Assembly (NCBI GenBank): GCA_963740355.1
Contig: CAVUDW010000003.1
Span: 1,920,001-1,984,000, forward strand
Length of the DNA stretch: 64,000 bases
Reading direction: 5' to 3'
Origin: an uncultured Gemmatimonadaceae bacterium
GTDB lineage: Bacteria; Gemmatimonadota; Gemmatimonadetes; Gemmatimonadales; Gemmatimonadaceae
Under the pieces are notes generated by a model. That model saw nothing but the letters and a program-made list of their open reading frames with translations. It was not told where the DNA came from and did not search any database. The translations under genes were made by a program, and so were the position numbers. Shown here piece by piece: positions 18,359 through 27,966 of the stretch (position 1 is its first letter; each line of letters opens with the position of its first letter).

Positions 18359-19158
18359 GGCGTCCACTTCAGCAGTGTTTCGACGAATGCGCGCAGCAGC
18401 GGCGTAACGCCCTCGGCTCGCGCATCATTCCACTGGTACGGTCGTGTTTCCTCCATGTAGGCGCGCAGGCACATCTCGAGCTGGATGGCATGAACTCCGT
18501 CCGACGGAGCACCGAAGTGGCGTGTGATGTGGCCACCCTTGAAGCGTCCGTCGAGGACGTGGCTGAACGCAGACTGTGCGGCAAAGACCGCCGCCACCGA
18601 GGCGCGCAAGCCTGGCGCACAGCTGGCCCCGTCGGCGGTGCCGACGCTCATGTGCGGAAGCTCGCCTTCGAACAACCACGGCAGCTCGCTCTTGATGCTA
18701 TGGGCGTCGAACAATACGGCGTGGCCATGCCGTGCCTTGATCGTCGCGAGTTCATCGTGCAGCGAGTCGTGGTATGGTTGCCAGTACTGCTCGATGCGTC
18801 GTGCGATCTCCATTGCGTCAGGTGCATGGCCTGCGCGATAGAGCACGTCGCCCGTGAAATGCCGAGTGGGGCAGAGTTCGGTGTTGTTCTGCCCGGGATA
18901 CATCGGCGCATTGTCACTGGAGCGATTGAGATCGATCAGGTAGCGACTGTAGCGCGGCACGATCAGCGTGGCGCCGAGATCGGCGGCGAACGCGTACAAC
19001 CGATTGAGGAACCAGTCGGTGTCTTCCACTTCGAGCGCGCGTTCCGTGTATCGGTCGCGCTGATCGGCGGGAATCTCGGTGCCGACGTGAGGGAAGCTGA
19101 TCAGGAGCGGCGCGGTTCCGCGCTGCAATGAGTACGTCGCAAATGCCGCAGTCGTCAC
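18355..19158 (-). CDS. hutG: N-formylglutamate deformylase/amidohydrolase
   Basis: PLLISFPHVGT, DTDW, SRYLIDLNR, DAHSI, GRFKGG and HAIQLE. Confidence 0.95.
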   Translation of the reverse strand: MTTAAFATYSLQRGTAPLLISFPHVGTEIPADQRDRYTERALEVEDTDWFLNRLYAFAADLGATLIVPRYSRYLIDLNRSSDNAPMYPGQNNTELCPTRHFTGDVLYRAGHAPDAMEIARRIEQYWQPYHDSLHDELATIKARHGHAVLFDAHSIKSELPWLFEGELPHMSVGTADGASCAPGLRASVAAVFAAQSAFSHVLDGRFKGGHITRHFGAPSDGVHAIQLEMCLRAYMEETRPYQWNDARAEGVTPLLRAFVETLLKWTP

Positions 19159-19790
19159 TGTCGTTGTCCCGGGCCGGCAGGCGCGGTCTCGAGACGTAAC
19201 GTCTCGAGATTTTCCGCACGAGGCGTGAATTCTATCCACCAGGCGCGTACCGGCGCGGCGACGCTGCTTTCGACAAGTTGCCAGCGTTGCGCACCAGCGT
19301 CGTCGCGCCAGGCCAGTGAGTTGGCCGGCAGAATGTACGGAATGTCATCGTCAATCCGCAGGGCGGCCGGGCCAGCGGTGTAGATGCCCCGAAATCCGGC
19401 AGGCGACACCCACGACTCGACCGCATTGGCGCGCTGCATCGTACCCCGGCCACCGTCGGCACGCACCATCAGGTTCAGGTCCTGCGTCGCGTCATCCAAC
19501 AGCTCGCAGCCAGGAGCCGCTGCGCCGTCAAAGCGCAGCGGGTCGCTCTCAGCACTGAGCACGACCTCAGTGTCCTCGAACAACAGGCGGACGCCAGCCC
19601 CGTGGATCACTGTGAACCACCGCTGGATGCCGGGGAACGCACTGAACGGTCCGTGCTGCTCGATGCGGGCGACGCTGATGCGCACCAGCCAATCCACCGG
19701 CGCCGGCCAGGTAAGCAATTCCTGCGTCGAGCCGCCGCCGTTACGCCAGGGCTGCGACGGCACGTCGGCCAGTGCGACGATATGGAGCAC
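19155..19790 (-). CDS. hutD: HutD/Ves family protein
   Basis: PWRNGGGSTQE, RISVA, FSAFPGIQR and DLNLM. Adjacent to hutG. Confidence 0.9.
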   Translation of the reverse strand: MLHIVALADVPSQPWRNGGGSTQELLTWPAPVDWLVRISVARIEQHGPFSAFPGIQRWFTVIHGAGVRLLFEDTEVVLSAESDPLRFDGAAAPGCELLDDATQDLNLMVRADGGRGTMQRANAVESWVSPAGFRGIYTAGPAALRIDDDIPYILPANSLAWRDDAGAQRWQLVESSVAAPVRAWWIEFTPRAENLETLRLETAPAGPGQRQ

Positions 19791-20011
19791 GATGGTTGGT
19801 GATCGGCGTGGAGCAATCGGGTCCGGCCCGGAGCTTCCCTTCCCCGCGGCGGTTCCCGCAGGCGGGATAGATACTCAGCGCACCTGAACCACGCGCCTGC
19901 GTCGCGCGACTGTAGAAGCCGACCGTGCCGTCGCGACCGACTGGCGCGCCAGGCACTGCGACGAGGGGGCGCAACGCACAATGGACCAACCGGGATTGGG
20001 CGCCGGACAGT

Positions 20012-20054
20012 CAGCCGTTTCGTTCAATCCGGGCCGCCCGAGGGAGCCTAATCT
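20012..20054 (+). promoter_or_regulatory. Shared-motif promoter 1 (metallothionein-like gene)
   Basis: CAGCCGTTTCGTTCAA-N21-TAATCT. Confidence 0.65.
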
Positions 20055-20117
20055 GATGCTCACGACCCGCCGGACTCGCCGGACCGTCGTACTCCGATCA
20101 CCGAATCGAGGCTTGCC

Positions 20118-20402
20118 ATGACTACCCAGAAGACTACCGCCTGCACCTGCGAAAACTGCTCCTGCGATAACTGCACCTGCGGCACCGAGACCCATTCCTG
20201 CATTGGCGCGTCCGCCGCGTCGTGCCTCTGCGGCGGAGACTGCTCGTGCGGGGATGCCTGCGCGTGCGAAGACTGCACCTGCGAGAAGGCCGCCATTGGC
20301 GACGCGGGTGCAGGCGGTGCTGCGTGCACCTGCGGTGCCGACTGCGCCTGCGGCGAGAGCTGCAGCTGCATGGCCTGCGCGGGCGCCGCTGCCGTTGGCT
20401 GA
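20118..20402 (+). CDS. Metallothionein-like Cys-rich protein
   Basis: 94 aa with 22 Cys in ten CxC motifs and no aromatic residues. GAGG RBS. Confidence 0.8.
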   Translation: MTTQKTTACTCENCSCDNCTCGTETHSCIGASAASCLCGGDCSCGDACACEDCTCEKAAIGDAGAGGAACTCGADCACGESCSCMACAGAAAVG

Positions 20403-20562
20403 GCGAGGATCTTCCGCCGCACGGTACGCGGCCTGCACGTGTGGTTCGAGGTGTGGTTCGAGGTGTGGCGCGACGATCCGAGTCGGGCCACACCTCGTTT
20501 CGGGCATCACTGCACTCCGCTCGCCGGCCTTGCTACACTGTGGGCAAGACTCGGGAGGCCAT

Positions 20563-21399
20563 ATGAGTGACGTGGTTGGCGCCGGTGACTTCATTCCGTG
20601 GGAAGGGGGCTGCGCGCTCATCGGGCGGGCGGCGAGCGTCACGCCGATGCATTCCCACTACGCAATCCAGATCGGCGTCGGAGCCGAACCTGGCATTCGG
20701 TTTCGTGACGACGAACGCGTCGAGTGGACGGAATATCCCGCCGCGATCATTCCGTCGCGCCAACCGCACATGATGGACGCGACCTGCGTCTCGTGCAGCG
20801 CCGTGATCTTCATCGAGCCGGAAACACCAGCGGGCCACGCCCTGATCGAGCGATATCTGGCAGGCGGCATCGCGTCGATCGAGAGCGCGCCGTTCACCGC
20901 GGCATCGACGCAGCTGTTCACCGTCTGGCGCCGACACGGCAACGCCCCGGCGACGGTGACGGCATTGCAGCACGCCATCAACGCCCTCACGGACGGCGCG
21001 CAGGCTCGTGTCGTCTCCGATGAGCGCATCCTCCGTGCAGTGGCGTACATCAAGAGTCATCTCGACGCACCGCTGACGCTGGAACAGGTCGCCAATGAGG
21101 CATGTCTGTCGCCCAGTCGATTCCGCCACCTCTTCGTCGAGCAGACTGGCACGGCGCTGCGTCCGTATGTGCTCTGGCGGCGATTCCTGCGCGCGTGGGA
21201 GATCGTGATGCGTGGCGACTCGCTCTCGACCGCCGCGCACGCCGCCGGCTTCGCAGACGCAGCACACCTCACCAGGACATCGCATCGCATGTTTGGATTT
21301 CCCCCCTCGGCGCTGCAGATCAACGCTCGCCGCGACAGTGCAGGGTTCGCCGCAACCGCCGCCGATCGTCCAACAGTGTCCTCCGGGAGGGAGGCGTGA
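20563..21399 (+). CDS. AraC family transcriptional regulator
   Basis: GGGAGG RBS and ATG 20563. Cupin-like HSHYA...PH sensor motif, LSPSRFRHLF and AGFADAAHLTRT. Confidence 0.92.
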   Translation: MSDVVGAGDFIPWEGGCALIGRAASVTPMHSHYAIQIGVGAEPGIRFRDDERVEWTEYPAAIIPSRQPHMMDATCVSCSAVIFIEPETPAGHALIERYLAGGIASIESAPFTAASTQLFTVWRRHGNAPATVTALQHAINALTDGAQARVVSDERILRAVAYIKSHLDAPLTLEQVANEACLSPSRFRHLFVEQTGTALRPYVLWRRFLRAWEIVMRGDSLSTAAHAAGFADAAHLTRTSHRMFGFPPSALQINARRDSAGFAATAADRPTVSSGREA

Positions 21400-22100
21400 G
21401 TGCGCCAGGCACGCCGAGCACATTCTCGGTCGGGATGGTGCTGTTCGACGGTGTCACACAGCTCGACCTCACCGGCCCGTACGAAGTGCTTTCCCGGATG
21501 CCCGGCACCCGTGTGCATCTGATCGCCGCGAGCCTCTCGCCCGTGCGGACGGAGTGGGGCATGCGCATCACGCCGGACACGACATTCGAGGACGCGCCGC
21601 CGCTCGACCTGCTCTGCGTGCCTGGTGGGTGGGGGGTCGATGCCTGTCTCGATGACCCTGTGATTCTCGAGTTCGTGCGGACCCGCGCAGCCACGGCGTC
21701 GTATGTCACCTCGGTCTGTAGCGGCGCGCTGATCCTTGGTGCGGCGGGCCTGTTGAAGGGCTACCGCGCTACGACGCACTGGATGTCACTCGACCTGCTG
21801 CCGTATTTCGGCGCGGAGCCGGTGCGGGAGCGCGTCGTGCGTGACAGAAATCGGATCACTGGTGGCGGAGTCACTGCAGGGATCGATTTTGCGCTCGTCG
21901 TGGCGTCGGAGCTATTCGGAACTGCCGCGGCGCAGCGAATTCAACTCGCGATCGAGTACGTCCCGGATCCACCGTTTCAGAGTGGGTCGCCGAGCAGCGC
22001 GCCGGCCGAGATCGTGCACGCGCTGACGGCCGCCAGTGCGGTGAAGCTCGAGCAGCGTCGCCAAACCGTGGTGAAGGCAGCGTCGCGGCTGTCAGCGTGA
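21396..22100 (+). CDS. DJ-1/PfpI family protein, isonitrile hydratase (InhA)-like
   Basis: QLDLTGP, VPGG, TSVCSG, ATTHW, GGGVTAGID and QLAIEYxPxPPFxSGSP. Confidence 0.85.
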   Translation: MSAPGTPSTFSVGMVLFDGVTQLDLTGPYEVLSRMPGTRVHLIAASLSPVRTEWGMRITPDTTFEDAPPLDLLCVPGGWGVDACLDDPVILEFVRTRAATASYVTSVCSGALILGAAGLLKGYRATTHWMSLDLLPYFGAEPVRERVVRDRNRITGGGVTAGIDFALVVASELFGTAAAQRIQLAIEYVPDPPFQSGSPSSAPAEIVHALTAASAVKLEQRRQTVVKAASRLSA

Positions 22101-22148
22101 CGCCGTCGGACGCAGCGGAGGCTGGGCGTTCGTAGCCAGGGGAAATCA

Positions 22149-22191
22149 CAGCCGATTCGTTCAAGCCATGACAGGTCGACTTGGGCATTCT
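22149..22191 (+). promoter_or_regulatory. Shared-motif promoter 2 (flavin monooxygenase)
   Basis: CAGCCGATTCGTTCAA-N21-CATTCT. Confidence 0.65.
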
Positions 22192-22250
22192 GAATCTCGT
22201 GGACGCAACAGTTGCCGCCACGCATTCAGTCTCACCCTCTCTGCTGCGTC

Positions 22251-23360
22251 ATGCGCATCCCAAATTATTTCGAACGAGGCCCGGCACGCGTCGAACGACT
22301 TGAAACGGTCGTCATCGGCGCTGGACAGGCAGGCCTGGCCGTCGGCCATCAGCTCGCGATGCAGGATGTCGATGCCCTCGTCCTGAGCGACGAGATTCGA
22401 CTGGGCGACAATTGGCGGCGACGCTGGGGCTCGCTTCGCCTTCAGACGCCGGCACGATACAGCGGCCTGCCGGGCATGCCATTTCCGGCGCCTCCAGACC
22501 ACCTCGCCGACAAGGACGAAGTCGGCGACTATCTCGAGCAGTATGCCGCGCGGCTCGAGATTCCGACTCGACTGAACACGCGGGTGCAGAACCTCTCCGC
22601 CACCAGCACCGGGTTTCGTGTGCTTGCGAACGACGGTGCCACCGCCTTCGACTGCGAGAACGTCGTCGTTGCGACAGGCCCGTTTCAGAAGCCCCGCATC
22701 CCGGCAGTGGCTGCGCGACTGGCGACGACGATTCACCAGTTGCACTCGAGTCAGTACACCAATCCGTTCGACCTTCCTGATGGTCCCGTCCTGGTCGTCG
22801 GCGCCGGCAACTCGGGTGCGCAGATCGCGCTCGAGCTCGCGCGTTATCGCAAGGTCTGGCTCGCCGGCCCCAATACCGGGCATCTGCCACGCCGACTCCT
22901 TGGGCGGGACATCTTCGACTGGATCTGGCCGGCGATGCACTTCGCACACCTCGATCGGCGTCTGGGTCGCCTGACCAAGGCCAGGGTGCAGCAGGGTGGC
23001 GACTCACTGATCGGCCTCGCAGAGCAGCGTCTCGCTCAGTCAGGCGTCACTCGTGTCGATCGGCTGCACGACGAACGAGGTGGCATGCCACTCTGCGGCG
23101 CGGCTGTCGTTGCTCCGCGCGTCATCATCTGGTGCACCGGCTTCGACTACGACTATTCCTGGATCGACCTCCCGGCGTTCGAAGCCGATGGGACACCGCA
23201 ACATCGTCGCGGTGTCTCGACGACCGTGCCTGGGCTCTACTTCATCGGCCTGCGATTCCAGCATCGCATGAGTTCATCGCTGATCGGCGGCGTTGGCGCA
23301 GATGCCGAGTTCATCGCCGACGCAGTGGTACGGCGGTCACATGCGAGGCTCAGGGAATGA
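22251..23360 (+). CDS. Flavin-containing monooxygenase (CzcO-like)
   Basis: GAGQAG, VATG, QLHSSQY, GAGNSGAQIA and IWCTG. Confidence 0.88.
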   Translation: MRIPNYFERGPARVERLETVVIGAGQAGLAVGHQLAMQDVDALVLSDEIRLGDNWRRRWGSLRLQTPARYSGLPGMPFPAPPDHLADKDEVGDYLEQYAARLEIPTRLNTRVQNLSATSTGFRVLANDGATAFDCENVVVATGPFQKPRIPAVAARLATTIHQLHSSQYTNPFDLPDGPVLVVGAGNSGAQIALELARYRKVWLAGPNTGHLPRRLLGRDIFDWIWPAMHFAHLDRRLGRLTKARVQQGGDSLIGLAEQRLAQSGVTRVDRLHDERGGMPLCGAAVVAPRVIIWCTGFDYDYSWIDLPAFEADGTPQHRRGVSTTVPGLYFIGLRFQHRMSSSLIGGVGADAEFIADAVVRRSHARLRE

Positions 23361-23425
23361 CGTGGGGCTCAGCGCCGCAGGCCGTGGGGCACACGATTCT
23401 CCATGGGCCATGCCTCCGAACATTC

Positions 23426-23489
23426 CAGCCGCTACGTACAACAGCCTAGCCGGATTATTCAAGACCAGAATCGCCAGCGCCGGTAGCCT
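23426..23489 (+). promoter_or_regulatory. Shared-motif promoter 3, tandem boxes (YtkA-diheme operon)
   Basis: CAGCCGCTACGTACAA at 23426 and TAGCCGGATTATTCAA at 23447 (21-nt period), then N21-TAGCCT. Confidence 0.65.
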
Positions 23490-23549
23490 GAAGCCACGTC
23501 CACTGGGCGTGGCTTTTTGCCTTTCCATCCAACCTGTCGCGAGGCTTCC

Positions 23550-24005
23550 ATGACATCCCGCACCAATCCCCGACTGACGCTCGGCCGCTTCTCAACCATC
23601 GCGGCCACCCTTGCGGCGCTCAGCCTGCTCACCGGCTGCATGCTGTTCGCGCATGCCCCCAGTGATCTCGACTATTCGCGGACTCGCGCGAGTGGCGCCG
23701 GACTCTATGTCGCGACGATTCATCCGCAGGGCGATTCCATCCCGAAGGGCAAGCTGCAGCGCTGGACACTGCATCTCGCGACGGCGGCTGGTACGTCGGT
23801 GGATAGCGCGACGCTCAGCGTTGACGGCGGCATGCCGCAGCACGGCCATGGCCTGCCGACCAAGCCACGCGTCACCCGAGCGCTCGGCAATGGCGACCAT
23901 CTGGTCGAAGGCCTGAAGTTCAACATGGGTGGTTGGTGGGTCGTGAAGTTCCGCATCAACAGCGCGCAGGGGTCCGATTCAGTCGTCTTCAACCTGAAGC
24001 TCTGA
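23550..24005 (+). CDS. YtkA/FixH-like lipoprotein
   Basis: Lipobox LTGC, GGMPQHGHG and FNMGGWW. Confidence 0.8.
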   Translation: MTSRTNPRLTLGRFSTIAATLAALSLLTGCMLFAHAPSDLDYSRTRASGAGLYVATIHPQGDSIPKGKLQRWTLHLATAAGTSVDSATLSVDGGMPQHGHGLPTKPRVTRALGNGDHLVEGLKFNMGGWWVVKFRINSAQGSDSVVFNLKL

Positions 24006-24008
24006 CCC

Positions 24009-25283
24009 ATGCGCACCAACTTCGCAGTGGCCACACGGCTCACCGCCGGGACGCTCGGCATCATCCTCGTGTCGTGCGCGTGGGCGAGGATGACGCCGCG
24101 CTGGTCCGCAGAAGAACGAGCGACGCTCCTGTCGCTCTCTCTCGAAAGTCTGGAGCCGCTGCAACCCGATCCCTCCAATCGGTATGGCGACGACAAGAAC
24201 GCCGCGCTGCTGGGGCGGCGGCTGTTCTTCGACACGCGGCTCAGCGGCAACGGTAAGGTCTCATGCGCCACCTGTCACATTGCGGCGCAAGACTTCCAGG
24301 ATGGCACGGCGCTCGCGAAAGGTGTCGGGACGACGACTCGACGCACGATGCCGATCGCCGCGACGTCGCACAACGCGTGGCTGTTCTGGGATGGACGCGC
24401 TGACAGTCAGTGGGCACAGGCACTCGGGCCGCCGGAGAGCGCAGCGGAGCACGGCGGCAATCGCACGCAGTATGCCCACGTCGTGGCCGAACAGTACCGT
24501 GACGCGTATGAGGCAGTGTTCGGGAAGCTGCCGAATCTTTCCGGGCTTCCGCGCAATGCTGGCCCGGTGTCGGACTCCGCCTGGCGCGGCGCGTGGCAGC
24601 GCATCGATGCTGTCCGGCGTGAGGATATCACGCGAGTCTATGCAAACCTCGGCAAGGCGATCGCAGCCTATGAGCGTCAGATCACCTATGCGCCGTCGCG
24701 CTTCGATCGCTACGTCAGCGCTGAATTGGCAGGCCAGGTGCACTCACCGGCGAGTGCGTTTTCGTCCGACGAGGTGGCGGGGCTGAAGCTGTTCATCGGC
24801 AAGGGCAACTGCGTCAACTGCCACAATGGCGCGTTGCTGAGCGACGACCACTTCCACAACACAGGCGTCGCTGTCTCGAGTGCGGTGGCCGCATCCGACA
24901 GTGGCCGCGCAACAGGCGCGCGCCAGGTCGTGGCGTCCGAGTTCAATTGCACGAGTCGCTACAGCGATGCGAAGCCTGAGGATTGCGCGGAACTACGATT
25001 CGCCGTGACGGAGGGCGAAGAGCTGGTTCGCGCCTTCAAGACGCCGTCGCTGCGGAACGTGGCCAATCGTGCGCCGTACATGCACGCCGGTCAGATCACG
25101 ACACTCGACGACGTCGTGGCCCACTACAACGCTGCGGCACAGGCGCCGTTCGGTCACAGCGAGCTGAAGCCACTGCGGCTGTCTCGTGGCGAGCAACGCC
25201 AACTGGTCGCGTTTCTGCGCACACTGAGTGGGCCGTTGGCCGCGCCACCTGGCTTTCTCGAGCCACCGCCCGCGCACCGCTGA
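24009..25283 (+). CDS. Diheme cytochrome c peroxidase/MauG superfamily enzyme
   Basis: CATCH and CVNCH heme motifs, LFFDTRLS, FWDGRA and FKTPSLRNVANRAPYMHAG. Confidence 0.92.
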   Translation: MRTNFAVATRLTAGTLGIILVSCAWARMTPRWSAEERATLLSLSLESLEPLQPDPSNRYGDDKNAALLGRRLFFDTRLSGNGKVSCATCHIAAQDFQDGTALAKGVGTTTRRTMPIAATSHNAWLFWDGRADSQWAQALGPPESAAEHGGNRTQYAHVVAEQYRDAYEAVFGKLPNLSGLPRNAGPVSDSAWRGAWQRIDAVRREDITRVYANLGKAIAAYERQITYAPSRFDRYVSAELAGQVHSPASAFSSDEVAGLKLFIGKGNCVNCHNGALLSDDHFHNTGVAVSSAVAASDSGRATGARQVVASEFNCTSRYSDAKPEDCAELRFAVTEGEELVRAFKTPSLRNVANRAPYMHAGQITTLDDVVAHYNAAAQAPFGHSELKPLRLSRGEQRQLVAFLRTLSGPLAAPPGFLEPPPAHR

Positions 25284-25367
25284 CCGCGAGTGGCGGGTTC
25301 GCGGCCAATCTGCACATAACGAACGGCACACACACGCACGCACACACCAATACCCTCGAGGCCCACC

Positions 25368-26024
25368 ATGCCGATTGCAATGCGCCACCGTGATGATCCG
25401 ACGCCCGCCCTGCCTCCGCTCTCTGGCTTCGCCGTCGAGCGCGAGTTCGACGCTGAACGCATGGCGGCGTTGCAAGGCAGAAGCACCGACGAAATGCTCC
25501 GCCGCTTCGATGCAGGTCACCGCGCGTACGTGGCATCTCTGCACGGCGACGCGGCGGCGTGGGGCTGGGTCGCGACGACGCACGCCACCATCGGCGAGCT
25601 CCAGTCCACGTTTCATATCGCCAGCGACGAGCGATATCTGTGGAACTTCGTGACCCTGTCATCACATCGAGGGTTGGGCATCTATCCGCGGCTGCTGCAG
25701 GCCATCGTGCGCGCCGAATCCGTCGAAGCCACACGATTCTGGATCGCGTACGCGCCAGAGAACCGCGCGTCTGGCACCGGTATCGCCAAGGCAGGGTTTG
25801 CGACGCTGGCCGAGATGTCGTTTGATGCGTCTGAGCGGCCCTCGCTTCGCGACCTGGTGCCGGGTGGGGCGCTGCTGGCGTCACGCCTGCTCGGCTTGCC
25901 CGCGACGGCCGAGCCGCTTGCTCCATGTTGGCGCTGCGTGAAGGCTGGGCGCAGCGGTATGACGTGCGCGGCAGGCAGCTGTCAGTGCGACTACCAGCAG
26001 CCCAGGAGTGGCTGCGCCGCTTGA
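25368..26024 (+). CDS. GNAT-like acetyltransferase with a Cys-rich C-terminal tail
   Basis: HRGLGIY and ENRAS...KAGF. Tail PCWRC...CAAGSCQCDY...C. Confidence 0.75.
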   Translation: MPIAMRHRDDPTPALPPLSGFAVEREFDAERMAALQGRSTDEMLRRFDAGHRAYVASLHGDAAAWGWVATTHATIGELQSTFHIASDERYLWNFVTLSSHRGLGIYPRLLQAIVRAESVEATRFWIAYAPENRASGTGIAKAGFATLAEMSFDASERPSLRDLVPGGALLASRLLGLPATAEPLAPCWRCVKAGRSGMTCAAGSCQCDYQQPRSGCAA

Positions 26025-26150
26025 ATGCGGTATCGACGGCGGAGCGATGCGGCGCTAGAGAAGCGCGCTACTATAAGAGTGAGGCCGAGGCGGGATGTTC
26101 TCCGCATCGGCCTCACTCTTTGTCTGGGGCAAGGAAACGTGTGGCGACGT

Positions 26151-27173
26151 TCACTCGTGCGGCCTGGCACGAAGTGTTTCGACGACCGTCCGGACCGCGC
26201 GGATGACCACGTCTGGCCGATCGAACTGGATGTAGTGGGAACTGTGCTGCACGTACTCGTGCCGACCAGCGCGAGACATCGAGGCCAGATCGTGGTGCAA
26301 ACGATGTTGTACCTCCTGAACTCGCCGTCCCTGCGCGTCGGTCAGCCCCATCTGCTTCAAGCTCGACGATGCGTGTTCGTCTTCGGCGCTGAGGACAACC
26401 AGTGGCCGACCACCGAACTGCTCGAGCGCGCGAGCGTTTTCCAGTGTGCGCGGAATCGCGTCCGCCTCGCTGGCTGCCGCGGCAAGCGACGTTGGCAAGA
26501 AGGCCGCGGACGGAGCGTTCGCCTGCATCGGCCAGGAGGAGGGATTCTGCTGCGGAAGCAGGCGCAAGAGGCCAGTCCACGACACCGCTCCCGCAACGCG
26601 CACGCTACCGCTCGAAGGAAGCAGCGACCGACCTGAGACCTTCTCGAACTCGGCGAATTGATCGGGGTGTGATGGATCCACCAGGACGAGTCCGGCCACC
26701 TCTGTCGGGTAGTCGGCGGCGAATCGCATGGCGTAGGCAGCGCCGATCGAATGGCCCACCACGACAAACGGAGTCACCTCTCCCGCACCGAGGAGCGCTG
26801 TGTGGAGGTCCCGCCCAACGTCACGACTATCAAAGGTGCGACTGGTCGGATCGCTCCACATGATGCCTGCGCGACTGTAGGCGCAGACGCGCGTGGTGCG
26901 GGCGATCGAGTCGTGCACCGAGACCCAGCTCAGCGACCCGAGAATATCCAATCCTGACTCGAGGACGACGGTCGGCGACCCCGTGCCTCGGCAATCGATC
27001 TGAATGCGGCGGTCACCATCGATGCGCACCAGCTTTCCTGCCACGGGATACGCGTCGTTCGCCCGGTAACGGGCCACGCGCTCCGACGCGAGGCCCGCCA
27101 CGGTGACGAGAACCAGAAGCGACAGTACGCTTTGGCCGTAACGCCTGAGCGTACTCGTGCGCCGGCCCCTCAC
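26151..27173 (-). CDS. Membrane-anchored alpha/beta hydrolase
   Basis: VVLESG, YSRAG, GHSIG nucleophile elbow, LVDPSH and SSHYIQFD. GTG start overlaps the upstream stop. Confidence 0.88.
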   Translation of the reverse strand: MRGRRTSTLRRYGQSVLSLLVLVTVAGLASERVARYRANDAYPVAGKLVRIDGDRRIQIDCRGTGSPTVVLESGLDILGSLSWVSVHDSIARTTRVCAYSRAGIMWSDPTSRTFDSRDVGRDLHTALLGAGEVTPFVVVGHSIGAAYAMRFAADYPTEVAGLVLVDPSHPDQFAEFEKVSGRSLLPSSGSVRVAGAVSWTGLLRLLPQQNPSSWPMQANAPSAAFLPTSLAAAASEADAIPRTLENARALEQFGGRPLVVLSAEDEHASSSLKQMGLTDAQGRRVQEVQHRLHHDLASMSRAGRHEYVQHSSHYIQFDRPDVVIRAVRTVVETLRARPHE

Positions 27174-27904
27174 GGCCTCACCCGTGCGCCGAGGCGAACG
27201 ATCGCCATGTGTGTACGGCTTTCCATTGGCGTGACGCTGATCTGTGCGCCTGGCAGATCGACGATGCTGCCCTTGGCGAGGTAGCGTGCCGTCCCGCCGG
27301 CCACGTACTGCACGCCGAAATCGAGGTCCACGCGTGTCCGCCCCGCGCGGAGTGGCACGTACACGCCGCCACCCGCTGACCACGACGTCGTCGATGACGA
27401 GTGATTGGTGGTGCTGGCGATCGGTGTCAGCCCTGAACTCCCGCGGACCTGACTTTCGGTGAAGAACACCTGTGCACCGACACCGGCATTCGCGTACGGC
27501 CGGATCAGCCCCTTCGGCCAGCTCACCTGTGGCCCCACGCTCATCGGCACGATGTAGTTGGTGGTCGTCACGTCCACCAGCACGCGGCCACCGACGGTTT
27601 CACTGAATGCGGCGCGTCGCGTTTCGCCGCCATAACCCACGGCGCCGATGCTGGCGCGAAGGCTCCAGACTCCAGCGTCGTCGAGGCGCAGCAGATAGGC
27701 GCCGTCGAGGCCGTAGCCAAGTCCGACATTCCGTCCGAAGGTGCCTTGTGGACGACTCTGAATGACCGACAGGCTGAAGGCGCTGCGGCGCATGAACCCA
27801 GAGGTTCCGTCGGGATCGGTGGTGCTGGTGGCGCGCTGTGCAGTGACGCTTGAAACTACGGCAGTGCCAAGCAATGCGGCTCGGCGGAAGTGTAGTGCGA
27901 ACAT
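27170..27904 (-). CDS. Outer-membrane beta-barrel protein
   Basis: Signal peptide, alternating amphipathic strands and IRPYANAGVG. Confidence 0.7.
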   Translation of the reverse strand: MFALHFRRAALLGTAVVSSVTAQRATSTTDPDGTSGFMRRSAFSLSVIQSRPQGTFGRNVGLGYGLDGAYLLRLDDAGVWSLRASIGAVGYGGETRRAAFSETVGGRVLVDVTTTNYIVPMSVGPQVSWPKGLIRPYANAGVGAQVFFTESQVRGSSGLTPIASTTNHSSSTTSWSAGGGVYVPLRAGRTRVDLDFGVQYVAGGTARYLAKGSIVDLPGAQISVTPMESRTHMAIVRLGARVRP

Positions 27905-27966
27905 GAAGAGCTCCGACGGTGAACGTGTGCAGAATGAGTGCGAGGCAGGACCTCGGGTGCACGTCA

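Noticed and set aside
20439..20468. 12-bp tandem repeat GTGTGGTTCGAG (about 2.5 copies) between the metallothionein-like gene and AraC
   Set aside because: It is short and isolated, and most simply explained by slippage.
25327..25349. CA-rich tract upstream of the GNAT gene
   Set aside because: Low-complexity leader sequence with no evidence of phase variation or function.
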